A program made the position numbers and the translations under genes. A stretch of DNA of 41,801 nt from Polyangiales bacterium. GTDB lineage: Bacteria > Myxococcota_A > Polyangia > Polyangiales > Houyiibacteriaceae. The stretch lies in contig JBGCFM010000139.1 of NCBI GenBank assembly GCA_045106895.1, forward strand, positions 1-41,801. The letters are read 5' to 3'. This document shows, piece after piece, positions 26,628 through 35,554 of the stretch. The notes under the pieces are model-generated. The model saw only the letters and a program-made list of their open reading frames with translations. It was not told where the DNA came from and did no database searches. The stretch's first letter is position 1; each line of letters starts with the position of its first letter.

Positions 26628-28010
26628 GTGCCGCGTCGAATCACCCTCCTTCTCTTTGCCCTGTGTGCCTGCGGAGATGACGTCCAGGCCCTCACCGACT
26701 CCGCCACCGACGCGGGCACCACGCCGGACGCTTCGAGCGACGTCGCAGCCTCTGACGCCGGTCCCCGTGGCGACGCTTCCGTTTTCGACGCGGGCGCCGA
26801 CGCGGGCCGTGACGCAGGAAGCGACGGAGGCAGCGACGCAGGCCCGACCGGCGTCGTCGCCTATACATCCGACCGCTTGCACTCGCCGATCCCGGCGTCT
26901 CTCGTCGCGGAGCTTCAAGCGCGCGCAGCCCCGGACCGGGTCGCGAACGTCTTCGCCAAAGTCGGAGACTCCATCACCGTCAGCACAAACTACCTGCGTT
27001 GCTTCGGCGGCGAGCGCTTCGACCTCGACGGGCGCTCCTTGGAAGAGACCCGGGCCTTCTACGATGGCGGAGACGCCGCAGGCGATGACCCATTCCGGCG
27101 CGAGAGCGGCGCGGCGGCCGTCGGATGGCACGCGGGACGAGCCCTCGCTGGTTCTCCAAGCCCCCTCGACCAAGAGCTCGCTGCACTCCGCCCCGCCGTC
27201 GCGACGGTGATGTTTGGAACCAACGACATCGGCATCACTGGGCTCGAAGGGTTCGCCGAGAACCTCTACGACGTCGTCGACACAGTCTTGGCTTCCGGCG
27301 CCATACCCATCATGAGCACCATCCCTGCACGCCAAGACAGCGCGAGCGCCAACGCCGAAGTCCCGCGCTTCAACCTCGTCGCACGTGCCATCGCTCAGAC
27401 CCGGCAGGTGCCACTGGTGGACCTCCATCGATCTCTCGCGCCCCTCGATGGCCGAGGTCTTGGCGGCGACAACCTTCACCCCTCAAGCTTTCGTGGCGGA
27501 GCGTGCATGCTGACCGAAGAAGGCCTCGCCTTTGGCTACAATATGCGCAACCTCGTCACCCTTGAGGCACTTGATCGCACCCGCCGCGCTCTCGCCGGTG
27601 AGGCACTCGATGAAGCGAGCCCACGTGTGATCGGGGCCGGCGCCCACGACGCGCCTTTCGAAATCGGCGCGCTACCGTTCGTGCACGGAGATGACACCAT
27701 GCGTTCGAGGGAGCGGCGATTCGACGCCTACGACGGCTGCTCCGCCACGCAAAACGAGAGTGGTCCAGAGCTCATCTATCGCGTCGCACTCACGGGCCCA
27801 ACGACTCTTCGCGCGCGCGTCTTCGACCGCGGCAGCGTGGACGTGGACGTCCATATTCTCACTCGCCTCGAAACCGCCGCCTGTGTGGCGCGCGATCACA
27901 ACGAGGCGAGCGCGCGCGTAGAGGGCAGCGAAGCGTTTATCGTGGTGGACTCCTGGGTGGGCGACGCCGAACGTGGCGGAGAGTTCCTCCTCGTCGTGGA
28001 CGCCATCTAG
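26628..28010 (+). CDS. SGNH/GDSL hydrolase lipoprotein with a C-terminal beta domain
   Basis: GTG 26628 gives MPRRITLLLFALCAC-GDD, followed by a DAG tether. SGNH blocks VGDSIT, FGTND and DNLHP. C-terminal ESGPELIYRV...DVDVHIL...FIVVDSW. Confidence 0.88.
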   Translation: MPRRITLLLFALCACGDDVQALTDSATDAGTTPDASSDVAASDAGPRGDASVFDAGADAGRDAGSDGGSDAGPTGVVAYTSDRLHSPIPASLVAELQARAAPDRVANVFAKVGDSITVSTNYLRCFGGERFDLDGRSLEETRAFYDGGDAAGDDPFRRESGAAAVGWHAGRALAGSPSPLDQELAALRPAVATVMFGTNDIGITGLEGFAENLYDVVDTVLASGAIPIMSTIPARQDSASANAEVPRFNLVARAIAQTRQVPLVDLHRSLAPLDGRGLGGDNLHPSSFRGGACMLTEEGLAFGYNMRNLVTLEALDRTRRALAGEALDEASPRVIGAGAHDAPFEIGALPFVHGDDTMRSRERRFDAYDGCSATQNESGPELIYRVALTGPTTLRARVFDRGSVDVDVHILTRLETAACVARDHNEASARVEGSEAFIVVDSWVGDAERGGEFLLVVDAI

Positions 28011-28053
28011 TGTCCTGAGTCCTCAGGACACTTAGTACCCGAGCGAGGTACTA
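28008..28053. terminator. Two adjacent inverted repeats between convergent genes (bidirectional terminator or small REP-like element)
   Basis: AGTGTCCTGAG-TC-CTCAGGACACT (28009-28032) and TAGTACC-N7-GGTACTA (28033-28053). There is no U-tract. Confidence 0.5.
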
Positions 28054-29334
28054 GTGCTCGGCGCGCAGGCGCACGGCGGTGTGGGTGTCCGGGAAGCGCT
28101 CCAAGTACGCATCCACGGCCTCCACGAGGGCGGCGCTCTGATGCGTCTGCCGAAGCAGCCGAATCTGAAGAGAGCGAGCGCGCTCCTCGACAATGGACCC
28201 GGTGTTCGCCGAGCGAGCTGCAGCGAGGACTTCCAACGCAACCTGGGGGCGGCTCAAGCGCTCCGCATAGATCTGCGCCGCCGCGTAGCCCAGCTGGGCA
28301 CGACGTGAAGTGCGCGCGAGAGCAGAAGCCGCGCGGTAAGCGGGAGCGGCGGCCGGCCAGTCTTGAAGGCCGCGATACGCATCGGCGACGATGGTGGCCC
28401 ATTCCGCCGAGCGAGGGTCGTCGTTCAGCTCCGCTTGAGCAGCCACGAGCACCTCGCGGTATTCGCGGCGTAGAAGAAGCGATCGGACCTCCTCGGCTTC
28501 AGGAGGCTCTGAGGTGCCTTCCGCGGGCGACGCCTGCTCCTCGCCGGGTTCCGGCTCGCCAGGCCCTGATGAGCCCTCTCGTACGACGGGCGGTGGCGCG
28601 AGCTGTGCCCCAGTCTCGCGCATGAGCGCGTTCCAGCGCGCTTCGCTCGTTTCGCGCCAAGCGTCGTCGACGAGCGAGTGACTCGACGCCCAGAACTCAC
28701 CGGCACCAAGGACCCGCTCACCATCAGAGTTCGTCACCATGACGCGCCCCTCGTAGACGAGAACAGCGACGCCCTCATCGGTCCGCCGGACAGAAAACAC
28801 CGTTCCAAGGACCCGCACTTCGGTAGCTCCGGCACTTACGACGAAGGAGCCTCCTGCAACAGGTTCGATGTCGAAGAGGACGTCACCTTCGCTCAGCGCG
28901 ACGACGCGGTCGGGGTCTGCCGAGACCACATCGTAGTGTGTTCCGCTCGTGGAGAGCAGCCGGTCCCCCGTAGGCAGGCGCACATCCGCGGACGCTTCGG
29001 CGCTCGCGGCGTTCTCAGCGTCGGCAAGAGCGAGCGCTTCCTCCGGGGAAAGCCCCTCACCTTCTTGAATCGGCTCCGAAGCTTCGAGCTTCTGCACAAA
29101 AGCCGGGGCGGCGGGCTGACTCCACGTGGCCACGGCAAAGCCGCCGAGGACACACAGCAGCGCCACGGCGGCGACGGCCAACGCACCAAAGGCACGAGGC
29201 TGCTTTTTCACCTGAGCGGCGGCGATGGCGCGACGAGCCATCGCCCGAGCGTCGCTCTCTTCAAGGTCGGCCACCGTCTCGCGCTCCGCTTGGCGCAGCG
29301 TGGCCTCAAGGATCTCTTGCGGCGTCATTGGCAT
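28051..29334 (-). CDS. FecR-family anti-sigma factor with a C-terminal TPR region
   Basis: TM segment FGALAVAAVALLCVLGGFAV. FecR signature LSEGDVLFDI...FVVSAGATEVRVLGTVFSV...VYEGRV. TPR-like ADAYRGLQDWPAAAPAYRAA and YLERFPD. Overlaps the ECF stop codon. Confidence 0.9.
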   Translation of the reverse strand: MPMTPQEILEATLRQAERETVADLEESDARAMARRAIAAAQVKKQPRAFGALAVAAVALLCVLGGFAVATWSQPAAPAFVQKLEASEPIQEGEGLSPEEALALADAENAASAEASADVRLPTGDRLLSTSGTHYDVVSADPDRVVALSEGDVLFDIEPVAGGSFVVSAGATEVRVLGTVFSVRRTDEGVAVLVYEGRVMVTNSDGERVLGAGEFWASSHSLVDDAWRETSEARWNALMRETGAQLAPPPVVREGSSGPGEPEPGEEQASPAEGTSEPPEAEEVRSLLLRREYREVLVAAQAELNDDPRSAEWATIVADAYRGLQDWPAAAPAYRAASALARTSRRAQLGYAAAQIYAERLSRPQVALEVLAAARSANTGSIVEERARSLQIRLLRQTHQSAALVEAVDAYLERFPDTHTAVRLRAEH

Positions 29335-29891
29335 CGCTCCAGCAGTTCACGAAGGTAGACATCGCGGCTCAGAATCGTGGCGAGGTCAGCGCGCGCGTGG
29401 CGCAGCCGGGAGCGCATGGCGTCCGGCCGAACACCCTCGCGCGCTGCGGCTTCAGGTGCACTTAGACCTTCGATACAGCACAGGACAAATGCGCGGCGAC
29501 GTTTGATCGCGAGTTTGTCGAGACCACGGTAGAGACCCCTCAGGGCCTCACGGCTCATCGCCCGCGATTCAGGGTCGATCTGATCGGCCGGTGGCGGAGC
29601 GATCTCAATGCGCTCACGGCGACGCTTTCGTGCCTTGTGATAGCGCAGCGCAACACGCATGGCGATTCGGTACACGTAGGTATCGAGCTGAGAGTCACCA
29701 CGAAACTTGGGGAGCGCTTTCGCGATCTCTGTCAGCGAATCCTGGAGCGCGTCATCGACGTCGTTCTGACCCAGGTCGCGGCACAACCACGCCTTCACGC
29801 GCGGCGCGAGCTCCGTTAGCGTGTCCTCAAGCGTACGCTCCGTATCCGGAACCACACGAAGCACATGGGAGCCGCTGCCGGGAGGGCTCAA
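29325..29891 (-). CDS. ECF sigma-70 factor
   Basis: DVDDALQDSL...LPKFRGDSQLDTYVYRIA and region 4 RRAFVLCCIEGLSAPEAA...MRSRLRHAR. The likely start is TTG 29891, overlapping the upstream stop (TTGA). Confidence 0.9.
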   Translation of the reverse strand: MSPPGSGSHVLRVVPDTERTLEDTLTELAPRVKAWLCRDLGQNDVDDALQDSLTEIAKALPKFRGDSQLDTYVYRIAMRVALRYHKARKRRRERIEIAPPPADQIDPESRAMSREALRGLYRGLDKLAIKRRRAFVLCCIEGLSAPEAAAREGVRPDAMRSRLRHARADLATILSRDVYLRELLERCQ

Positions 29892-31066
29892 TTGAACTCC
29901 CACTCGAGCGAGAGCTGGTAGCCCAACTGAAAGGAATCGAGGTAAGGAGCCTTGGTAAACGTCGGCCCCAAGTTGAAGAAGATACCGCCGTGGCCATTGA
30001 CCTCGATACCGAGTTCGATGGGCACGCCAAAACGATAGCCCACCCAGCCGAAGCGGTTGCCCGTGGCCGTGTCCCGCTCGCTCACAATGAGCGCTGTAGC
30101 CTCCAACCCACCGCCGATTCGAAGTCGTGACGAAGATACGAGCATCATCTGAAGACCGAGAGCACCTTCGGGCTCGCCGCCGGTCCACGCGAAGTCACCG
30201 GTGATGCTCATGCGGACGTTTCGATGCAGCCATCTCCCTCCGGCGACGCGCAGACCGCCCGTGGGATAGATGCTGAACGACGCCCCCCAACGCTCGGTGC
30301 GTTGGCGCGGCGCGAAGCCCTGCGTCCAGCCGAAACGAAACAACCAGCCCTTTCGCTCCATCGGCGAGCGCATCCAAGAGCGTCTGCGGCGCGGACGTGC
30401 TTGAACCATCGGGCGACCATAGACGCGTACGTCGAGGAGGTGTTCTCTGCTCCCAGTCGATTCACTATGCGTGGGGCGCCCCGCCTCTTGATTCGCCGCC
30501 ACCTGTTCCCGGATAAGGCCTTCGACGACCAACGCAAAAGCACGCGACCACTCTTCGTCATCCTCCGCTGCGGGCAGTGAGCTCGAGCGTGGGGCGTCGC
30601 CGCTTCCGTCGAGGAGCGCTACACGAGCGACGTCGTCGCTCACCTCGATCCAAACCACGACGTCGCCGGGCATGAGCTGCGCTCTTGCGCGCCAAACCCT
30701 CAAGTAGGTCGGCTCAACAGCGACTTGGCGAACCTGCCAGTCGGGAAGCTGCAGGGTCAGTCGATTCAAGAGTGCTTCGCGCCCTTCCGCGACGAAGATG
30801 AGACGTCGGCGGCGCTCCGAAGAAGAAGTGTAGACAGGACGCTCAGTCACGCCGCCCGCGCTCGAAAGATGCTCGGCGCCTTCGACTTCGTGCGGCGCTT
30901 GGTACGGCTCGGCGGGCTCTTCCGCGTCCGGCTGGACAAGCGCCCCAGCCTCTTCGGCAACCTCTTCGGCGACAGGGACGCTCCCTTCGTCGACCTGTCC
31001 CAGAGCTGGAGCGGCGCTCCAGGCCAGCAGCAAGCAGACCATCGAAACGTGGAACGAGAAACCCAT
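29888..31066 (-). CDS. Exported protein with an alpha/beta domain and a probable C-terminal outer-membrane beta-barrel
   Basis: Signal peptide MVCLLLAWSAAPALG and an acidic linker. About eight amphipathic Gly/aromatic strands end in LGYQLSLEWEFN, which resembles a beta-signal. The start is uncertain. Confidence 0.75.
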   Translation of the reverse strand: MGFSFHVSMVCLLLAWSAAPALGQVDEGSVPVAEEVAEEAGALVQPDAEEPAEPYQAPHEVEGAEHLSSAGGVTERPVYTSSSERRRRLIFVAEGREALLNRLTLQLPDWQVRQVAVEPTYLRVWRARAQLMPGDVVVWIEVSDDVARVALLDGSGDAPRSSSLPAAEDDEEWSRAFALVVEGLIREQVAANQEAGRPTHSESTGSREHLLDVRVYGRPMVQARPRRRRSWMRSPMERKGWLFRFGWTQGFAPRQRTERWGASFSIYPTGGLRVAGGRWLHRNVRMSITGDFAWTGGEPEGALGLQMMLVSSSRLRIGGGLEATALIVSERDTATGNRFGWVGYRFGVPIELGIEVNGHGGIFFNLGPTFTKAPYLDSFQLGYQLSLEWEFN

Positions 31067-31116
31067 GTTCAAACCACTCTTCACAGATTCACGCATGAAT
31101 GCCCAGACTTGGTGCA

Positions 31117-31575
31117 CTAGCAGTCGTATCCAACCGCGAGGTCGAGCTCAACCACGACCTCGACGGCGCGGTTCTCGATGAACGTGACGAAGGTCAGGGT
31201 GGCGCGGCGGTCAAAGCGGGTGGTGCCGACGGTGCTAAAGAATGGCTCGACGTCGGAGGTGATGGCAACCCGTTGAACCTCGGCGTTCCCGTCTCTTTCA
31301 ATCGAGAGGTTCTCCGTTCCGCCATTCTGAACCGTCCAGGCGAGGTCCTCGAAGCGGATCGCGCCGTTCCAGCCTTCCCCGCCGAATAGGAGTTCATTGG
31401 CCCCGGTCTCAAAGTCCGGCAAAAACGTGGCGTCTCGAAGAGGCTGCATTCCTTGATCCGTCTCGCTTTGCACCCGGTTGATGCGAACCAGCTGGTTCCC
31501 AGCGCCAACCACGTCCGTTTCAGCACCGAACACACACCCGCTCATCAAGAGCGCCATCACCAAAGGTTTCGTCAT
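31117..31575 (-). CDS. Small hypothetical lipoprotein
   Basis: MTKPLVMALLMSGC lipobox with GGAG upstream and a beta-rich mature part. The longer ORF to 32019 overlaps the FG-GAP gene and was trimmed. Confidence 0.7.
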   Translation of the reverse strand: MTKPLVMALLMSGCVFGAETDVVGAGNQLVRINRVQSETDQGMQPLRDATFLPDFETGANELLFGGEGWNGAIRFEDLAWTVQNGGTENLSIERDGNAEVQRVAITSDVEPFFSTVGTTRFDRRATLTFVTFIENRAVEVVVELDLAVGYDC

Positions 31576-31616
31576 CTTCGCGATCTCCATGCCCCTTCGG
31601 GGACGCGAAGCGCTCA

Positions 31617-31647
31617 AGTGTGACAATCTTTTTTCGATTTCTGTCAA
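31617..31647 (-). promoter_or_regulatory. Possible sigma70-type promoter (TTGACA ... TGnCACACT) with a TGACA/TGTCA inverted repeat
   Basis: TTGACA at 31647-31642 and an extended -10-like CACACT at 31622-31617. The 19-nt spacer is long. The tract is AT-rich and intergenic. Confidence 0.4.
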
Positions 31648-31675
31648 AAGGCGCTTCATCGCCTCGTTTGAAGGC

Positions 31676-34108
31676 CTACAGGAGACAGCGTGGAATGGCT
31701 TCTTCGGACTCGTTGTTGTCCAAGTCGCACTCGCGGAAGAGCAACGCGTCTGGGTCCGTCTGAATGCGGGCGACGAAGCTGACGCCAGCGGGCACGTCAC
31801 CGGCGACCTCAAGACGCACTTCATTGCCACGACCCGGGAGCGTCGGAACGAGCGTTGTGCCCGTGCCGATGAGCGTATCGACGCCGCCTTCTCGGCGGAA
31901 GAAGCCAACCTCGACCCCCGCAGGCAGCGGCGCTGGGCCTTGGTTTCGCAACGTCGCCACAAGGCCGATGGGAGCGGTGCACTCCGCGCGAAGGCTGACC
32001 TGCGCGTCGGGCGCATCAAAGAGACCCTCGTTCTGAACGTTCTGGCGGAAGTTGTTGAGCCACGGGAGCGTCCAGTTTCGCTCCTGCCGGAGGGGGATCG
32101 CGCCGTACCCGAGTGCTTCGCCGCAGGCGGCGTCGCGGCCGTCGCAGGTATTCGTCACGTGGTAGGCATGCTGCGTCCAGAGCGAACGTGTGTTTACCCA
32201 GGAGTTGGCCCGGTCACGAAAGACCGTGATGCCCTTCCAAGAGTCGGCGTACTCCGGAGCCTCCCAGATGGGATAGCCGTCCATGCCGGTCGTGTGTTCC
32301 GCGCAGGTCCACGTGTTGGGGTTTGCGCCCGTCGAGATCATAACCATCTCCGCGTGGCCATCTCCGTCTACGTCCGCCACCAAGGACGCCTCGGTCCCGG
32401 TGAACGACGCCGTCGGCACAGAGAAACGGACGTCGCCGGTCGGTCCATCGTAGACCCACATAAAGCACTCGTCGTTGTAGATGACCTCCGCGATGCCATC
32501 TCCTTCGAAGTCGAAGACCGTGGAGCCCGTCACCGACGAGCTGTTGTCGTGGTTGAGGGTGGCCCACGCGGTGGTGAGCTCGCCGGCGGCGAAATCAACC
32601 TCGACCATCGAATAGCGGTTCTGTTGCGCGACGCCGATCTCCGGCGCGCCGTCCCCGTCGAAATCCGCCACCGTCGGCGGGCCTCCGAAGCCGTTGCCCG
32701 TGAGCGTGTAGGGGCCGACGAGCGTCGCGCCGGTGCTGCCAGCCAAGATCGTAATGGTGCCGCTAGCCACATGGACGATGTCCGGCTCTCCATCGGCGTT
32801 GAAGTCCGCGACGGCGCTGAAACCGTCCGCGATGTCCAAGCGCTGCCAGAGGATCGTGCCGTCGGCATTGATGGCTGTGCGCCCGGCGAGGAGCTCCAGG
32901 TCGTCGTCGTCGTCGAGGTTGACAAAGAAGCTCGTCGCCGTGCTGACGGTGCCCTGGTCCCAGCCACCTCGCGCGCTCGCGACGTTGAATACCTCGGTAA
33001 AGGTGCCCTCGGCCCAAGTGTAGACGGCGCCGCGCCAAGCTACCTCGGGGTCTCCGTCACCGTTCATATCAGCCATCGCGAGACCACCGCCCCAGCCAAG
33101 ACCGACCTCCGTAGCGACTGGAAGAACGTCTGCGCCGACGCCGAGGACCTCGCCATTCCCGTCGATGGCAGCGAGGTGGCGCTCCGCGGTGATGACCACG
33201 ATGTCCATGGTCCCGTTGTCGTCCACATCCCCGAGAGCCGCGCTCACTGCGGTGAAACCTAAGCTGCCTTCAAGGTTCGGAAGCGACCAAAGCTCACGCC
33301 CCGTCGCACCGTCGAGGGCGCGCAGGATTCCGCGCCGACAAGCGTCGCCCGCGGCGGCCTGGTGGCACGCGGCGCCGTTGGTGTTGTTGGACACGAAAAT
33401 GATGGCGCTCGGGTCGAGGGAGTCGACGCGACCATCACAATTGGTGTCGTAGATTCGGCCTACGACAGGCGTCGACCAAACATCAACGCGATCGCTAAAC
33501 TCTGTGGCCGTGGTCGGGTCCCAGCGCCATTGAGCGACGGCGTCGAGCTCGCCGACTTCGGGCATGAACTGACAGTCGTTGCGCACACAGCCAACGCCTG
33601 CGCCCGGCTCATCGCAGCTTGGCGGAGACATGAGACAACGACCACTCGGCACGGAAGTACACGCCATCATCGGATCCGGCGGCGGCATCGTGCCCAAGCC
33701 GAGCTCGCAGTATTCACCGTCGTCGCAATCCGCAGCGCTCGCGCACTCGGCGCCGGGGTTCACGCATGTGTTCGCGAAGCACGCTTGGTCTGCGCCGCAG
33801 CATTCTGTGCCACAGACATCGTCGATGGACTCACAGCATGCGCCTTCGAGACAGACGCCCTCACCGCACATCTCGTCGCTGCTGCACTCCGGCCCCGCGT
33901 CAAATACGTCGGGGGCGGCTCCATCGACCTGCGGTCCGGCGTCGGGTTGGCCGCCGTCCGCGCTGACGATGCAGGCGCCGTCGAGGCAGATACTCCCAAG
34001 CTCGCAGTCCGAATCGAACGAACACGTCGCCTCCATCGGGTCGTCACCGCAATCGCAGGCCGCAAGGGAGAGTAGAAGGAGAAGAGAAGGAGAGAGAAGG
34101 CGCTGCAC
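31676..34108 (-). CDS. FG-GAP repeat / CARDB-like lipoprotein with a Cys-rich N-terminus (paralog 1)
   Basis: Lipobox LAAC-DCGDD and CC-rich repeats. Multiple D.[ND]GDG..E/D loops and STVFDFEGDGIAEVIYNDE. C-terminal LRNQG...ECDLDNN. Confidence 0.9.
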   Translation of the reverse strand: MQRLLSPSLLLLLSLAACDCGDDPMEATCSFDSDCELGSICLDGACIVSADGGQPDAGPQVDGAAPDVFDAGPECSSDEMCGEGVCLEGACCESIDDVCGTECCGADQACFANTCVNPGAECASAADCDDGEYCELGLGTMPPPDPMMACTSVPSGRCLMSPPSCDEPGAGVGCVRNDCQFMPEVGELDAVAQWRWDPTTATEFSDRVDVWSTPVVGRIYDTNCDGRVDSLDPSAIIFVSNNTNGAACHQAAAGDACRRGILRALDGATGRELWSLPNLEGSLGFTAVSAALGDVDDNGTMDIVVITAERHLAAIDGNGEVLGVGADVLPVATEVGLGWGGGLAMADMNGDGDPEVAWRGAVYTWAEGTFTEVFNVASARGGWDQGTVSTATSFFVNLDDDDDLELLAGRTAINADGTILWQRLDIADGFSAVADFNADGEPDIVHVASGTITILAGSTGATLVGPYTLTGNGFGGPPTVADFDGDGAPEIGVAQQNRYSMVEVDFAAGELTTAWATLNHDNSSSVTGSTVFDFEGDGIAEVIYNDECFMWVYDGPTGDVRFSVPTASFTGTEASLVADVDGDGHAEMVMISTGANPNTWTCAEHTTGMDGYPIWEAPEYADSWKGITVFRDRANSWVNTRSLWTQHAYHVTNTCDGRDAACGEALGYGAIPLRQERNWTLPWLNNFRQNVQNEGLFDAPDAQVSLRAECTAPIGLVATLRNQGPAPLPAGVEVGFFRREGGVDTLIGTGTTLVPTLPGRGNEVRLEVAGDVPAGVSFVARIQTDPDALLFRECDLDNNESEEAIPRCLL

Positions 34109-34142
34109 GCCTCATGGTAGCGATGGAGAGCAACAATGCGCA

Positions 34143-34172
34143 ACGGCCTAGCAGCAAGTGCTGCTAGGCCGT
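34143..34172. repeat. Perfect 14-bp inverted repeat (hairpin) in an intergenic region
   Basis: ACGGCCTAGCAGCA-AG-TGCTGCTAGGCCGT, located between the 34197 gene stop and the FG-GAP gene start. Confidence 0.85.
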
Positions 34173-34196
34173 CGTTGGTGCCGCGTATTAGACGTT

Positions 34197-34811
34197 TTAC
34201 TCTTCGCCGCCGCTGGTCTCTTCTTGAGGCGCGGCCATGTCCTGGAGGCCCCAACGGAAGTTCACGCGGTTGATCTGGAAGACGACGCGCGGGCTCTGTG
34301 TGGTGACGCGTCCCTGGTTCGGGAAGCAGACCGTGCCGCCACCGGTGGCATCATAGTAGGTCGCGGGCACGTAGTACGTCCGGTAGATCGGTCGCTCTTC
34401 CCAACGCTCGCACTGCCGCGTGCGTGAGTTCCGGCGAACACACTCGTTGGAGGAGCCCTCTTGGCGACGAACGGCTTCGGTGCCTTGTCGGCTGGTGACC
34501 TGCGGCTGGTATTCCTCGGTGACCGTCGCGTCCTCGTACCAGTTTCCATCCGAGCGCATCATGAGGCCCTGTCCGGAAAGCATGGCGTTTGGTGGCTGGT
34601 GAATCTGCGAAACCTGGAAGGTGGTCTCGAAGCAGACGGCTTCAGGGTCAAGGCGCTGGAGCGTGGACTGCCAACCGTTTCGCTGAGAGATGGTGTTTGG
34701 CTGATCGACGACGCCCACCTGAAGCGGGTTACGGATGATCACGTCCATCTTCATTCCGCAGCCCACGAGGGAAACGGACGACAAGGCCATAAGTAAAGCG
34801 ACTCGATGCAT
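34197..34811 (-). CDS. Hypothetical lipoprotein
   Basis: GGGGAG RBS and lipobox LVGC. Beta-rich mature part with a C-X9-C loop (ECVRRNSRTRQCE). Confidence 0.8.
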   Translation of the reverse strand: MHRVALLMALSSVSLVGCGMKMDVIIRNPLQVGVVDQPNTISQRNGWQSTLQRLDPEAVCFETTFQVSQIHQPPNAMLSGQGLMMRSDGNWYEDATVTEEYQPQVTSRQGTEAVRRQEGSSNECVRRNSRTRQCERWEERPIYRTYYVPATYYDATGGGTVCFPNQGRVTTQSPRVVFQINRVNFRWGLQDMAAPQEETSGGEE

Positions 34812-34978
34812 AGAAAACTCCCCAAAAATACGGTGACGCCTACTACGACGTAACTCCGGCGAACTTCCTTCACTTAGCAGACATAGTCGCGCGCGCTTCC
34901 CCCTCAGATAGAGGAGAAGAGCGCGGCACCCCGCGTTTGTGCCGGGGCGAGCTCAAACGCGCGCCCCAATTCAGAAAA

Positions 34979-35404
34979 CTAGCAGGAAAAAGAGACTTCT
35001 TCGGCGGCGCTTCGCAGGAGCCGAAGTGATTCGCGGACCTGGTCGTGCCTGTTCTTGGGGATCCGATCAAAAAGCGCCTCGACGCTCGCTTTGGCGAGGG
35101 ACTCCAGCGCCTCGGCCTTCTTGCGGCCCGCGGCGTTCAGCGAAAGAACGAAGCGGCGGCCGTCGTCTTTGTCGGCCTTCTTCTTGATCCACCCTCGCTT
35201 GTCGAGTCCTTCGACGAGTCGCGTGACGGCTCCCTTCGTGACGCCGGTTTGTTCCGCTAGCGTCGAGCTGTCCATCGGCGTCGCGTGTAAGAGCTGCATG
35301 GCGACGCACTGGGCGACGCTGACATCGCCGCAGCATACGGAGTCGCGTTCAACCATTCCGAAGAGACGACAGAAGGCGAGTAGATCTTTGGCGGGTTCGT
35401 TCAA
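34979..35404 (-). CDS. MarR-family transcriptional regulator with a Cys cluster
   Basis: Winged HTH LAEQTGVTKGAVTRLVEGLDKRGWI...DGRRFVLSLNAAG. Also VCCGDVSVAQC and a C-terminal Cys. The TTG start at 35404 is inferred. Confidence 0.9.
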   Translation of the reverse strand: MNEPAKDLLAFCRLFGMVERDSVCCGDVSVAQCVAMQLLHATPMDSSTLAEQTGVTKGAVTRLVEGLDKRGWIKKKADKDDGRRFVLSLNAAGRKKAEALESLAKASVEALFDRIPKNRHDQVRESLRLLRSAAEEVSFSC

Positions 35405-35554
35405 GGCTTCTCTACGTGCTGACAATCTCGGTGCTGGCAACCCATGCGAGCACAGCGTGGCCGCTTCCGAGGTTGCGAGCAACCGCCGCGTGAGCGCGGC
35501 TCAGATGCGCGGCGCTCGGCTGGACAGTACACAAGGATCGCCCAGGCTCTCCTC

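Noticed and set aside
31478..33262. 594-aa plus-strand ORF antisense to the FG-GAP gene
   Set aside because: Shadow ORF typical of GC-rich codon usage. It has no motifs and lies opposite a clearly real gene. The same applies to 2331..3275, 4471..5532, 9700..10683, 21275..22225, 26466..27479 and 39459..40511.
34970..34990. Selenocysteine or readthrough after the MarR terminal Cys
   Set aside because: The stop is TAG rather than TGA, and the domain is already complete.
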